In this document: positions 51,641-64,000 of the stretch, in pieces
Position numbering within the stretch: the stretch's first letter is position 1
Layout: every line of letters starts with the position of its first letter
Assembly (NCBI GenBank): GCA_002633005.1
Contig: NMRA01000867.1
Location: 1-64,000, forward strand
Direction: 5' to 3'
DNA length: 64,000 nucleotides
DNA from: Phoronis australis
Taxonomy: Eukaryota; Animalia; Phoronida
Notes under the pieces: model-generated
The model's input: the letters and a program-made list of their open reading frames with translations, nothing else
The model's database searches: none
Told to the model about the DNA's origin: nothing
Made by a program: the position numbers and the translations under genes

Positions 51641-53920
51641 ATAGGGCCTACTCCGGCGTTGTTGGGATCGGCACAATCTTGGTAACACATCAAAGGTCTT
51701 GGAGCCGGGCCGTGGAAAATGTTATAGACATTGGTCTTGATAGCTTATTAAATTGTCAAGAGCATGCCTGCTTCGAATGCAATAGGTTGCATTTTCGATT
51801 CCCTCGTTTACATTTGATTCATAATCAATGGTGCCTTGAAAAACAGTCTGGTTTCACAATCAATTTTATCTTCTGACTCATCCTGCAGACGCATGTCCAA
51901 TGCACGTTATGACATTGGAACACTTCGCCACAGAACGCATTCAACGAAGAGTTGGCCGAAAACATAAGCTTATTGTTGAGAAGTTAGAGGAGAGGAAATT
52001 AGCAAGTAAGACACTGGTACAAAGATGAAGAAAACCAAGATGACTAGTGGATAACTGAAAATAAGTAGCTTTTTAAATCAGATTTCGTAGAGTCGTGTGA
52101 CGAAGACAGTGACCAGGAAGACAGTTACCGGGAAGACAGTGATCAAGATGACAGTAGTGATTGATATACAAATAATAAATGTCAGCTGGAAATTTGGACA
52201 AAACCTGATGCTTTAGCAAGGGTTTTGATAAAGTTTCCAATGAGTTTAAGAAAAAGTTAAACGGTCTAAAAATATATTTTAACAACTGGCATTAAAACAC
52301 TTAAGATATTCATATTGTTATATTTTTGTCAATAGTTTATGCATTTCCAGTTTCTTTCAAAAGTTGTAAGAATCATAATTGGTATGTCACAACTTTTTAA
52401 TTTTCACCCAACAATATTTACTTAATTGTTGAAGGCCCCCCTCTCATATTCTGCAAAATTTACATGGTCTTCCCTTAAATAACGTTCGAGATATGAATGC
52501 CCCCAAGGGTTTTCCGCGGGTTCTCACGCCCACAAATTCTGACCGGTCCCTAATGTTCTTCATTGCACAGTTGGAAATTCTCAAAAGTTAAGTGGAGCGC
52601 TTGGAAGAGCAGTGAGCGCTTGTTATGAAACACTTCGAAGGTAAGGAGTAGGTGCATGCGTCACGAGCATAGTCGTTAACCTGGGTGTTTGCTGTAATAA
52701 GATATTGAAAGACTGCAATGGTAAAAAATAGAATAAGATTTTGCAAGAATGAAAGCAAATACCATTCAAATGAATAACAAAAAATTTTAGATTCCTTTGT
52801 AAGCATAGCAATACAATACAATAGAAATATCAAGATGGAGGAAACAGCATTTCTATTTATGTGGAAGTTTATGTAATTATGATAATATTTAATTGTAATT
52901 AACTGAGACTCTGCCAGGGCTAAGACTAGTATGAAAGCAGCCCACTGAATTCAATTGAATGGCATTTTTCACATGGTTTTGTAAGTATTACAGAATCAAT
53001 GAAATAAATATAACACTAATTTACATAATATTTTAGCATAATATTTTATAATATCTTACGTAATATTTAAATAATAGTCTTTGCTGCTGAAAGACGCCGA
53101 ATAAAATAAATATTAATAATAAATATTATTCACTCCATGAACACTAAAATAAGAGTAATAACAAATAAGAGCATGTCGATCAATATTATTTTTTATTCTA
53201 ACTTTGTAACACATCACTTCAAGACATTACAATCAATGTAATTTTAACACACAATTAATAAATTGTATGAAAACAACATTCTATGTGTAAAATACATCGT
53301 ACAATGCATGTCAATACATAAAATAGTACAGATACCTCAGCCATGAGACGTAGCACTTCTACAGTAGGCCTAGGAAAAACTGCAATATAAGTAACAATAA
53401 ATTTGATTTTGCCAACATACCAGTAGTTGTCAGGGATAATGCATGTGGTTCGAGGGAACACACAACCCCAACTGGTGCAACGAAAATGTTACCAAGAAAA
53501 GTTTTCTACGTATACTGCATATAAGTAGTCTACTTCAGACTAATCAATAAATGTTATATGACGATTGACCATTCCACATGAAGTCAATGACAAATCCCTG
53601 GGCTTTAACCTCAAACTATATCTCAAGATAACTATAAAATCTACCATATAAAGTCTAAGCCAGGGGCCACGAAGTCCATTCTACGAAGGAACGCGGTATC
53701 AGAAACTTTACAATACCAGGTCAGCAAAACAGTCGTAATCCTGGCGGCAGGTCAACAGCTAGTCTCCTGCACAGACCCTCGAGGTTGTTTGGGTTATCCG
53801 TGACGTCATCTTGTGAGGCCTGGGAACCAGGTTAGTCAACAGCAAAGTACAACTCAAAGGCGAACCAGAGTTTGGTGGGGTCAAGGACCTAGGTGAGCCA
53901 GATAGCCTACAGAAGCTCGG

Positions 53921-54211
53921 TCAGTTCGATCTCCTTAAAACATTGTAGTCTCCCGAAGTGGCTCGATAAAGTCTAAAAAGACCAAGATAAGATTGCATAA
54001 GGGAGTGCGTGATTAGACGGCTAGATCTCTGACTTCGTGGTAAGTTGAGATACTGTGTTGAGAGCCGGTTTTCCATTATTAGTTTAGCTGCCAGAACCTT
54101 GACCCCGAAATGTTGTTTACTGTTAAGATTTCTTTTGGAAATGTCTGTATAATTTAAGACGGCGTGAATTTTGCCCTTCAGAGCAGTGATGGCATATAAG
54201 ACATGCTCCAT
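53921..54211 (-). pseudogene. Highly decayed LINE reverse-transcriptase fragment (RTE/CR1-like)
   Basis: NYTDIS...GVKVLAAKLIMENRL...LPRSQRSSR, then ILVFLDF in another frame, resembles NYRGISLL..GKVLARI..NRL...LPESQCGFR...LVFVDL.KAFD. Confidence 0.35.
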
Positions 54212-56411
54212 TTTCAGCGTTTTCTAGGAGTCCATTTCTGATGTTATGCATGTAGGATCAAACTCAAAGCCAAACCTGAAGTCAAATGCGTCGGTAAACC
54301 GTAGAGATAATCCTTAAAATGTCACGCCTGACAGTCTAATCTTCACTACACAGATAGTGCCTCACGATCTAGCACTCCACTACGCCTTAGAAATGGTGAT
54401 TTCCTTATGAAAGATATACTATTCTTGGGAATATTGACAATATTGCAATTGTAACATTGTCGGGTATTGTTCACAAACCGTAGTCTTCATCAAGCTTGGC
54501 AATTCAAACGTTCATTTCACCGGCAGTTACTCCTTTTGTACCGCATTGTATGTAGAGTCTTAAGTCCCATGGACGTTTAGGAACTGCGCTGATTATGTAA
54601 AACATAGCCGCATGTGCCAATGTGTGAATCACGTGGGTAAAAGGTGCGAAAAAGGTATTATTTCGGATAACTGTTGTTCATGACAAGTCAATTTTTAAAA
54701 AGAAAACGGCCGCGCCTATATGCGAATCAATGTATAGGCCTATGCAGGGGACATTACCTGGGCTTATATGCGAAACTTAAGTGCATGCGCCAATATGTGA
54801 ACCACTTGGGTAAAAGAGGCGGAGAAGAAAGGCATGATTTGGGATATAGGCCCATATGCCTAAAGGCGCAGCAAGAAGGTTTTTTAATTCTCAAATGTGT
54901 GGTTGTTTGATGCTTTGGTATTTTTGTGAAAATGTGTGATTTTATTGGGCAATGGGGTACTCATTTGTTTATCGTTTTAAGCTAATTTATCTTTGTTCTG
55001 CACATCGATGCCAGTATTGTTCTCTGGACCTGTGGGCCTATTCTTTGTACTCGAAATCGAGTTCGAAAATATTTTTGGCATATCATATTCTACTTTAATA
55101 TGACGTCAAGATAAGTATTCAGTTTTCTGGTTTATGGTGACAAGTGTCTAATCCAAGTTTGCAGTTGACGACTACTAGATTCGATCTACGAACTCAGTCG
55201 AGTAAAAACCGGAGATTTCGAGTAAAAACTGAAAAGAACGAGTTCAAGCTCGAAGTCATCCGTCCCTGGATTGCTTCAAATTACATTCCTGCGCTAAGAC
55301 AAGAGATTAGATTGTGGACTCGATTGTTTCGGAGGATGGGGCATTTGCAAGAGATTTTGGCTGCTAACTAAGTAAAGTTACGCGACCCATGATTGGTTAA
55401 ACTGCTGAAAGTATTTTAGTTCAACCAATCATTTAACGCGGCTGCACGTCGTCCTGTTCACTTACCTTAAAACGAAAACGAATTAGGCCTTTCATTCTCA
55501 TAAAATGGGTCTTGTAGTATTCATTAAAGTTATAGAATTCTGTTTCAGTAACCAACGAGAACATATACACCATCAGCGATTCAAGAAAAAGCTTCGGATT
55601 TTATTTGCGTTGACCAACCCTAAAATAGTCAATTCGTCGAACATGGCCCCTTTTACCTGAGTTGGCTACGGACATAGAGCCTGACGGACTCCCATCACAG
55701 TGAGAAATATTGAGAGACCAATTTGATTAGAGTAAAGGGCTAATTCAATTATAGTCTGTCAGCCACCGAAACAGGGCGAATTGATGCTTTAAATACATAA
55801 ATGGGATAATTTGCATTTTCTCAGCATACTAGACTCCAGTGCCCAGTTGCATGAAACAGTCCCAAATAGTTCCCTACATCTACCGTGTATTTCTATCATT
55901 CTTTACTCACAGATGTGTTATTTTTCTATTAGTTCTTCTTTATGAAAAGCTCATTTTTGACCAATGATATTTTCTAATAATCCTAAAAACTAAGTCCAGA
56001 TTGCAGTGAAAGTAAATTACAGGGACTGAGTCCTTAAATTAGTGGCATTGCAAGAAAAGATCCCTACTTGTTTTCGATAATATTGAGATTTTAACGTACA
56101 GTTCACTCTCGATTTGTATCAAAGCCAAAAATTGAATTAGTAACGAAGCTAAGACAGTAAAAGAAATGACAATTAGCTTTTTCAAAAGTCCACAAAGACC
56201 CCGGTACGCAGTAAACTTAGGGAACGTATTAGTTGAGTCCCTATTTGGGATTGCAACCGGGCACATATCCCTAAGGTTGTTATTTTTTAAAGAATTTATT
56301 ATCATTTATAAAGCAGTACAAAAACAAACAAACAAATAAGTACATCCATTCATTCACGCATGCACACCTCAGGATAGATCATTCTCGTATATCGTATAAA
56401 GTAAACAACTT

Positions 56412-57236
56412 CTACATGGATTTAACGTGAACAATGAAATTTTCCCATTTCGCAGAGAAGCTGTCATATACAAAGTTTTTGTATGCAATTAATTTTTCAG
56501 CTTTGTAGTACTCATAAGTATATATAATAAACCTGTGAAAATTAGGTATATTTTTGTGACATCTCTCCTTGTAAATGTACTGTTTGGCTATTAGAAACAA
56601 CATGTTAAAAAGAAAATCATGCGTCTCATAAACTTCAAGAATAACTCGTTCGTAAGAGAGATTGTTGGGAAGCTGAAGGCCACATTTTTGCACTAGCAGT
56701 CCGAATTTCTTCCAGAAATCTTGTACAATGCGACATTCCCAAAAGGGTGTGACAGCGTCTCTGGAGCTTTATTACAAAAGGAACATAAAAAATTAGAATC
56801 CGGAACACGGATTTTTACTAAAGGTATTTGTTGCAATAATCCTGTGTAGTATTCTAAATTGGAACCATCTAGTGTTGGGATCCTTTGTAATTTCATAAGG
56901 CAATGAGTATATTTTTTTCCAATCTAAACTATCTCCTAACTCTATTTCCCATTTACACTGTGACTTAGAAGGTTTCTTAACGTCATTAAAGACTGAACAA
57001 ATATGTCTACAACCCTTCAAATCTTTCCCTAAGTGAGCGATTGCTAAAGGCATGCAAGGAGCGTAGACATTAACACTTTTAAATTTACTTTGAAATAGAC
57101 TTTTTTGAAACCTTCTTAGAAAGGAAACAACACCATTACATTCTACAAAGTTGGTTTTTACATCGAACTTATTTTTGGTGACTGACATCAGTTTTGATGA
57201 GTTGTTCCACGTTGTCGTGTTAGAATCTGAATGCAA
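56412..57236 (-). mobile_element. 5'-truncated, frameshifted L1/Tx1-like LINE (ORF2 C-terminus with zf-RVT region)
   Basis: KWEIELGDSLDWKKIYSLPY...RWFQFRILHRIIATN, then LCSFCNKAPETLSHPF, then LFLIAKQYIYKERC...KWE across three frames, followed by a simple-repeat tail. Confidence 0.85.
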
Positions 57237-58084
57237 TGCCTACTATTCAAGACAAAATAAGACATGGTTGGGACTAGCTAATACCTCCTTTGGCCCGAGT
57301 TGAGCAATCGTAATACGTCAAAAAGAATTTTATGTGATAATGACCTCGGGGAGGTCCTAGTGTTAAATACCGTTTTAGACTAGGGTTGCTTGGAGAAACT
57401 ATGGTGGGAGCGTGAATAGTGAGTATGGAAGTGAGAGCGAAGTGCAAATGAGCAGATAAAGTTTCCCCGGCCGTAGCACAGTTTTTTGTTTTCTAATAGT
57501 CGATCCTTGAAAGGGCCTGAAGACATAGAAGTGGTAGTAGTTGCGGACTTGTTCTTAACGTTTACATGTCATTACTCCGAAGGTTCACTACTCCGAAGGT
57601 TAACTATTGCGAAGTTCACTACACAGCGAATGGCTGCTGAGGCTGAACGGACATGAATACAGTATTAAACAAGTCCATTGTAACCATTTCAAGGGTGTTC
57701 TTAAACCATTGATTGCATAATGTACAAATGAGGTGCAGTTCAATTTAAAAACTAACAATCGTGATTCTTGAATGTAAAACGGCCCAGTCTTAAACAGGAA
57801 TAAAATCTGGGCACCAGGATTTATTTGAGTGCTGTTACGACCAAAGAGTGGCTTTAAATTTGAGACTACTGGAAGGGTCTCTCAGACTTGCAAGACTGGC
57901 CTGGACAGAGTAACCTACTACAACTTATTTCGACCCGTTCCAGTGGGGTGGGTGGGATATGAGGTTGAAGCGCAGCGGATAAAATTTTCTGCAGTGCAAT
58001 GAAATGGTATGATTGGGACCTGGATTTGATGAATATATCATGGTTGATAGTTTATCAATATATTCTTACGGCATAATCTTTTAA

Positions 58085-58702
58085 GGTGGCATAGAACGCG
58101 AAAACAGACTAAATTATATTATTCAAAGTGGGTCTCTGCCACTGAAACAGAAGTCGAATTGTGTAACAGGTATTTAGAATTTCTGTGGATGTCAAAGCAG
58201 TTTCCTTTAATTTCAAATTTCAAAAATCGATCCGTCAACTCAGTGCTCGTCATTTAGTCGATTTTTCTTCCACACAACAAACCAAATGAAGGCATCCTTA
58301 TATATATATGGCAAGACGTAACCGTAGCCAAGAGGTTTTGCCAACGTCGTAAACCCGAGACTCATGTAGGATTCTCTATGTAAATTACTTATATATAGTA
58401 ATATTGTAACTCATATATACATTATAACGTCTTACAGAAAATGGCACTGAGCTCTTGTATCAAATGAGCGTAATTTCAAGCAGCAACCATGCTGTCCGAC
58501 TTTTATGAGCGCATGCACACATTACATGTTACGAGGGTCGGAGAATTTGAAAACTAGTTATATTTTGTCTGTGTTTCAAAAATCGTGAATACGGCGATTT
58601 TTTCTAGAAATTCTTGCAATGTTCAAAGTGAATAACTCTCACATAAATTCGCCATGATCTGTTTAAAAGGTATTTTTAAGAGGCTTCCCGTTCCATGCCT
58701 TT
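58085..58702. mobile_element. Non-autonomous Kolobok-like element (TTAA TSD)
   Basis: TTAA|GGTGGCATAGAACGCGAA ... TTCCCGTTCCATGCCTTT|TTAA imperfect TIRs. Appears nested in a CTACTCCGAA-type element spanning ~57563-58955. Confidence 0.5.
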
Positions 58703-59447
58703 TTAAAAGTAAAAATACGAACTCTTTTTCCTTATTCGTAAGACATGCTTTAAAGCCCAATTTCTCATACACAGGAAACCCAAATAGAGTATATTACTTA
58801 CCCAGGTCTTGTTTTCAGTACATACACCAACCACTGCATCTAATATCTAACAGACGTGACGTGCTTTTTCACATATACCAATAAAAATTTACATCTGAAT
58901 AACCTTCAGAGTAGTTGACCATCCGACCAGCGAACCTTTAGAGTAGTAAGCTATTCTCATAAGTTCTGTCAATAAGACTTCACAATACCGAATGGCTCAT
59001 TAAAAACCATTGTGTCTTTTTATGTTTAGGCGCCAATGATCGCTATGGCAACTCCCAAATTCGTTGAGGTTGTACAAGACTTTCGGAACTAAGGTATGGC
59101 TCTCATAATCAACAGATATTGAACATTCTAGTTCTTGTGTGAAATTGATACGTGTCTAAGTAAAATAAACGTGTTTTTATAGCTTACCTTGACCTTAGGA
59201 CAGTTTTGTTTATTCGTGTGAATGGCAACTTTATATGCTTCAATGATGAAAAAAGGTTTTTTCTCTTTGATTTTATTTGACAACTTGGGAGATTTGCAAT
59301 TGGTTACCAGGATCTGCTTGTTGATTTTAGTGAAAACGGGTAAATGAATCCATATAAATTGTGTTATTGTAGTGTTAAATGTGTTTGGTCTCTAACGTGT
59401 CTGAAGACACCGAATCTGAATGAAAATTATAGAAGACATAAATAAAG

Positions 59448-59766
59448 TTATTGTTATTATTATTATTATTATTATTAGTAGTAGTAGTAGTATTAGTATT
59501 AGTATTAGTATTAGTATTATTATTATTAGTATTAGTATTATTATTATTATTATTATTATTAGTAGTAGTAGTAGTATTAGTATTATTATTATTATTATTA
59601 TTAGTATTAGTATTAGTATTAGTATTAGTATTATCATTATTATTATTATTATTAGTAGTAGTAGTAGTATCAGTATTAGTATTAGTATTATTATTATTAG
59701 TAGTATTAGTATTATTAATATTATTATTATTATTATTATTAATGTTATTGTTACGGTTGTTATTAT
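59448..59766. repeat. Long compound (ATT/AGT)n microsatellite
   Basis: Read directly; source of the poly-I/L/N/T spurious ORFs. Confidence 0.95.
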
Positions 59767-59949
59767 TAAAGGTATTCAATTTGTTCAACTGGACTATGGT
59801 ACTTATAAAAAATTCATAAGCACTCGGTAGCTAGACGCTCCGTTCCTGAGGAATCGTGGAATGATTAGCATGGCAGGACTGCTGCAGCTTCTGGCTATGC
59901 ATGCTCTCCTGAGATACGGTCGATTGTAACGTTCCAAGCTATAGAAAAA

Positions 59950-60270
59950 GCAAATCTGCCTCCCGGTCAATTAATCAACGGATTAAATGCCTTAATGAAG
60001 ATGACCGTGACGCCTCTTTCAAACCAGCTCTTGTCCATGCTGAAAATTTCAGCACTGTCGTTATCGAACTTGTGACCATACACATTCGAGATTCTAAGCA
60101 CCGACGAGGAAATGCCCTCTGTTGCGTTCCTCCGGTGTTGGTACAACCATTTCCGTAGGGGTTGTTGAGTTCCCATACATACTCCTCGGTACAATCGTCA
60201 CTTTCACAACGGAGACTATAAACTATTGCAATGATGTTATATTTGATAGGTTTACCCTTGAGATGCACTA
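59950..60270 (-). mobile_element. Penelope-like element, GIY-YIG endonuclease remnant
   Basis: IVYSLRCESDDCTEEYV / QPLRKWLYQHRR...SSV...GHKFD...AEIFSMDKSWFERGV...FIKAFNPLIN across a frameshift. Confidence 0.8.
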
Positions 60271-60608
60271 ACAGTGATGCAAAATACTAATCATTCCACC
60301 ATTACTCAATGAAGAGAGCGGCCGGGACGCTTCCGAGGGCTTAACGATTTTTAGTAAGCAGCATGGTCTAGTTGAACAGATTTAATTTCTTTGACTATGA
60401 ACTTTCCTGGAATGTTAAAGATTTTCAATTCAAGATTTCAAGACTCTTCTTTTTCTTCTTTTACTGATCCCTTTTTGTTGTCCTTCTCCTTCTTCTTATT
60501 GTTATTATTGTTAGTATCATTTTCATCATCATCATTATAATTAATATTAATTATCATTATTGTTATTAATATCGTTATTGTTATTATCATTGTTATTAAT
60601 ATAGAATA

Positions 60609-63600
60609 ATGACCAAAGAGAAGGATGCCTGTGAAGACGACAGGGAAGAATTAGATTCCTCGGCTGCTGACAGAACACAGTTCCGGCACCCCGATGGAGG
60701 TTATGGATGGCTAGTTTGTCTGGCCTCTTTCTGGTGCAACGGTACCATTTTGGGAATGGTCAACACATTTGGGGTCATCTATCCTGATCTCCTGGACGCG
60801 TATGGTGGGACAAATGACAAAGACATTGCATTTAAGACATGTGCGTATTTCTGCCACCAGTTTGACATTAATTAAAGGTGTATATATTCCTCTATGGCCC
60901 ATAAAACATGAAAATCATGATAGTCTGATAAAGGCTAACAAACAGACCGGGTCTCAAGATTTGTCATGTCCTGATATTAATTGGATTCTATAATCAAACG
61001 GAACAAAGAAACCACTCCCAGATTTGGAAGGTTGTGGCAACCCTGTCAACATCGATTGTTTTGGAATCTTTTTTACTTTCTGAAGATGTGAATCACGAAT
61101 TTGTTTGGGGATTAGAAAAAATTATTTTTATCATGGCATGGACAGGTTTGAAACATTGTTGTAGCCGATTTAAGGTTAAAAGGGAAACATACCGATTTGC
61201 ATTGCAGATTGCATGCGAGTATCAGGAAAGAAATGTTTCTGAGGCTAATTTTCACTTTCATTTCACCTTTGTTTAAAACAGTCTGCACAGATAAGGAAAT
61301 TTTTAATGGTATGTGTATTGTATCATCCGCCGAATGTTATATCTTAATGGCAGGCGTCTTTCCGTCCGACGGTCCGTGGGTGTGGGTGTTCGTGTATATT
61401 CAAGTGAGATTTGGAACAAACTTTTAAAAAGCTTGCTTACGAAGTGCACAATAAGGTTTGACTTAGCTTACTTTTCTTCTTAATTTCCATGCACCGTGTA
61501 TAAAAATGCTCTTCTGTGCGTAACTCTTCCGTCATTTCAAAGGGGATTTCAAACAAATCTTCAAAAAATGTAATCAATTGCCGTAGCGCATATTGCCAGT
61601 ACTCTGGGATTTAAACCTATTTTTCGGACTTGGCCCATTCTTGATTTTCACTCTTCCGCCGTGTAGGGAAATGCTCCTCTGCGCGAAGCTCCTGCGTTTC
61701 AAAGGCAATTTCGGCCAAATTTCAAAAAAAATTACTTGCTAAGTGCTGAAATTTCACTTTTCACCGGAATATTGTTCCATACTTGAATTTCAATCATCCC
61801 TGCACTAAAATGCTCTTCTCTGCGTAACTGCTTCATTTCAAAGGGTATTTTGAACAAAATTTTGAAAAGTATGCTTCCAAAGTGCTGTGAAATATATAGT
61901 TGACATTTTGCGATTTCACCGTATTGGGGCAGATTTGAAGGTGCCTTTGAGTTGGTTATGACATCTTCCAACTAGCTCTAAATTACTAAAAGCACATTTA
62001 TACAAGGGGTCGAGTAAATAATGGTAAAAATAAACTCCAAGACATCCTGACAACACTTACTGAGAGACCTCCGTTTCTTCCACAAGAATCCGTTGCCACT
62101 CGCTATCGTCAATCTGGTAGGGGCGACAATTTACATGTATGCCACAGCTAACTAACCGGCCATAACTTGTCACCTGGGCGACAATGTATACCGATGGCGA
62201 ACAGTTCATGTCGTAACATTCTGAAAACCGTAGACTCTAGAAAATTCATATCCAGCAGAAAACGCAAACTCTTCTTTATACTGATGTGTAAATCAAACCG
62301 TTCAGTCTGAGGTACTAAATGTTCGTTTTTACGCCGAAGTGCATGTCTCCGTGACGAATCTTTTTACGAGTAGAGACTTATGGGAAGTATTGAAAACTTT
62401 TCAGCTTGTAAAATGTGTTGAGGCGGTTGGCGAGGGTGGTCAATTTTCTGTGGTTTGGATAACAAACTAATGAGTGAAGAGCCCTAAAGACATTCCCCGA
62501 TTTCCCTATCTCTAACCTGTTAATATTTTTAATTACTTCTAGCATGGGTGGGTTCTTTGTCAGTTGGAATCATCTTTTTATTCTCACCTGTGGCAAGCAT
62601 CCTTGTGGACAAGTTTGGAATCCGACCAGTCGCGTTCATCGGTGCTATCCTCAACACCGTCGGACTTCTTGCCAGTTCATTCGTCAACCACCTGGGTCTT
62701 TTGTATCTAACGTATGGAATCCTTCGTGGAGTTGGCACATCACTGATATACGTGCCCTCATTGGTAATTTTAGGGCACTACTTTCGAAAGAGACTGGGTG
62801 TCGTTAACGGTATTGTCACCGCTGGCAGTTCTGTGTTCACGGTTACCCTACCGTTTATCTTAAAGTCTTCGTTAACAAACATAGGACTGGGACACACACT
62901 ACAAGTCTTGGCTGGCATCAACGCACTGCTGGTTGTATGCACACTCACATTTAAGCCCCTGATAAACCACGGTCGGGATCGTGCTACGCAACCTGGCAAG
63001 CGACCTACAGAGCCTCTCAGTCTTCGACGATGTCTCAAGAACTCGTTTAACACCCAAATATGGAAAAACAAGAGTTACGTCATCTGGGTAGTGTCTATGA
63101 TCATAGCAGTGATAGGCGACTACTTCTTGTTTGTTCATTTGGTGAGTAAAATGTTTTTACATTATCTACAAAGTCATGAGACGGATTCTAATCACAACAT
63201 TCAAAGGGAAAATATGTTTGCGATTACCCCAACAATGGTTGGTAAGGTTGGCGCCGTTTTCTGGTCATGTCCTGGGGTTCCACTTAATCCAACAATATGT
63301 ACATGTATAGTTACCACTATTAGTTTATCATTATTAATAATCTGTGATTTTCTGGAGTCAGTTTTCAATTTTCAAGCAATAAATGTTTTTTAGTTTTTTG
63401 GTAAGGAAAAATACTCTCTTATCACCTCGAAATTGACCCGAAAATGAAAGATTTTTATTCATAGCATGCAAACATTTGTAAACATTTGTAAGGAAGGGTT
63501 GTGTTATCTTGTAGTAGAAAACTTGGGAATATTTTTAAAAACGGATAGCTTATTTTTTGTTATGCATTGTTTGGCAGATTAAACATGCAAGAGACATCAT

Positions 63601-63944
63601 GCCTGGGAAAGATGGCGAGATTCTTCTTGTATGTATTGGAGTGGCTTCCGGAGTTGGACGTTTGGGTTCCGGAAAGCTGTCAGATACCAAAATCATCAAT
63701 CGTCTTCAGCTTCATCAGTTTGCCAATGCTGCTATGGGCATTGCTGCAGCCACAGTACCATTTACTACCAATTTCGAAGTGCTGCTGATTCTGACAATGA
63801 TATTGGGGCTGTTTGATGGCGTTATAGCGTGTTTATACGCACCAATAGCCTTCGATCTTGTAGGGCAGAAGGGGGCAGCACAAGCTGTTGGATTTCTATT
63901 CGGCATTCTGTCTCTTCCACTTCTAGGTGGACCGCCACTTGCAG
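60609..63944 (+). CDS. SLC16A10: Monocarboxylate transporter family (SLC16), MCT10/MCT8-like aromatic amino acid / iodothyronine transporter, 3' partial
   Basis: Exons 60609-60840, 62543-63141 and 63578-63944, all GT-AG and in phase. Motifs PDGGYGWLVCLASFWCNG, SPVASILVDKFGIR, PSLVILGHYFRKRLGVVNGIVTAGSSVFT, GVGRLGSGKLSD, GLFDG, APIAFDLVG...AAQAVGFL, GPPLAG. Orthology to SLC16A10 rather than SLC16A2 is not proven. Confidence 0.88.
61503..61875. repeat. Three degenerate ~140-165-bp tandem cores in SLC16 intron 1
   Basis: AAATGCTCYTCTG.GCG...TTTCAAAGG..ATTT...CAAA..TT.AAAA at ~61503, 61669 and 61808. Confidence 0.55.
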
Positions 63945-64000
63945 GTAAAGGGCAATTGCTTCTTTTGATAAGTATAAACACGACACAGAAATAATCAGGA

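Noticed and set aside
59375-59830. Poly-Asn/Ile/Leu ORFs
   Set aside because: Translations of an ATT/AGT microsatellite.

Overview
AT-rich eukaryotic genomic DNA from a draft scaffold, with N gaps at 3415-3888 and 47163-47885 and several single-N joins. The gene content and transposon landscape suggest a marine invertebrate, probably a lophotrochozoan (inference). Four spliced genes can be rebuilt by hand from GT-AG junctions and phase continuity: (1) an internal part of THADA (+, 817-7637), which stops just before a single-N join; (2) an unrecognised gene of at least 4 exons (-, 10732-16958) with a Cys-rich exon followed by a Cys-poor region; (3) a secreted GH3 beta-xylosidase/beta-glucosidase-like enzyme (-, 37697-50381, exon 2 probably in the gap); (4) an SLC16A10/SLC16A2-like transporter (+, 60609 to beyond the window end). 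The rest is dense in non-autonomous DNA transposons (Harbinger-like MITEs, a pogo-like element, Kolobok-like TTAA elements, Helentron/HINE-like repeats), decayed LINE and Penelope fragments, tRNA-derived SINE pieces and satellites. The most notable items are the orphan gene, a ~2 kb fold-back Kolobok-like element whose two ~610 bp arms both carry a THAP start, and a 1.2 kb duplication that looks like two alleles differing by a MITE insertion. There is no CRISPR array or prokaryotic system, and I cannot claim a clearly new biological system from sequence alone.
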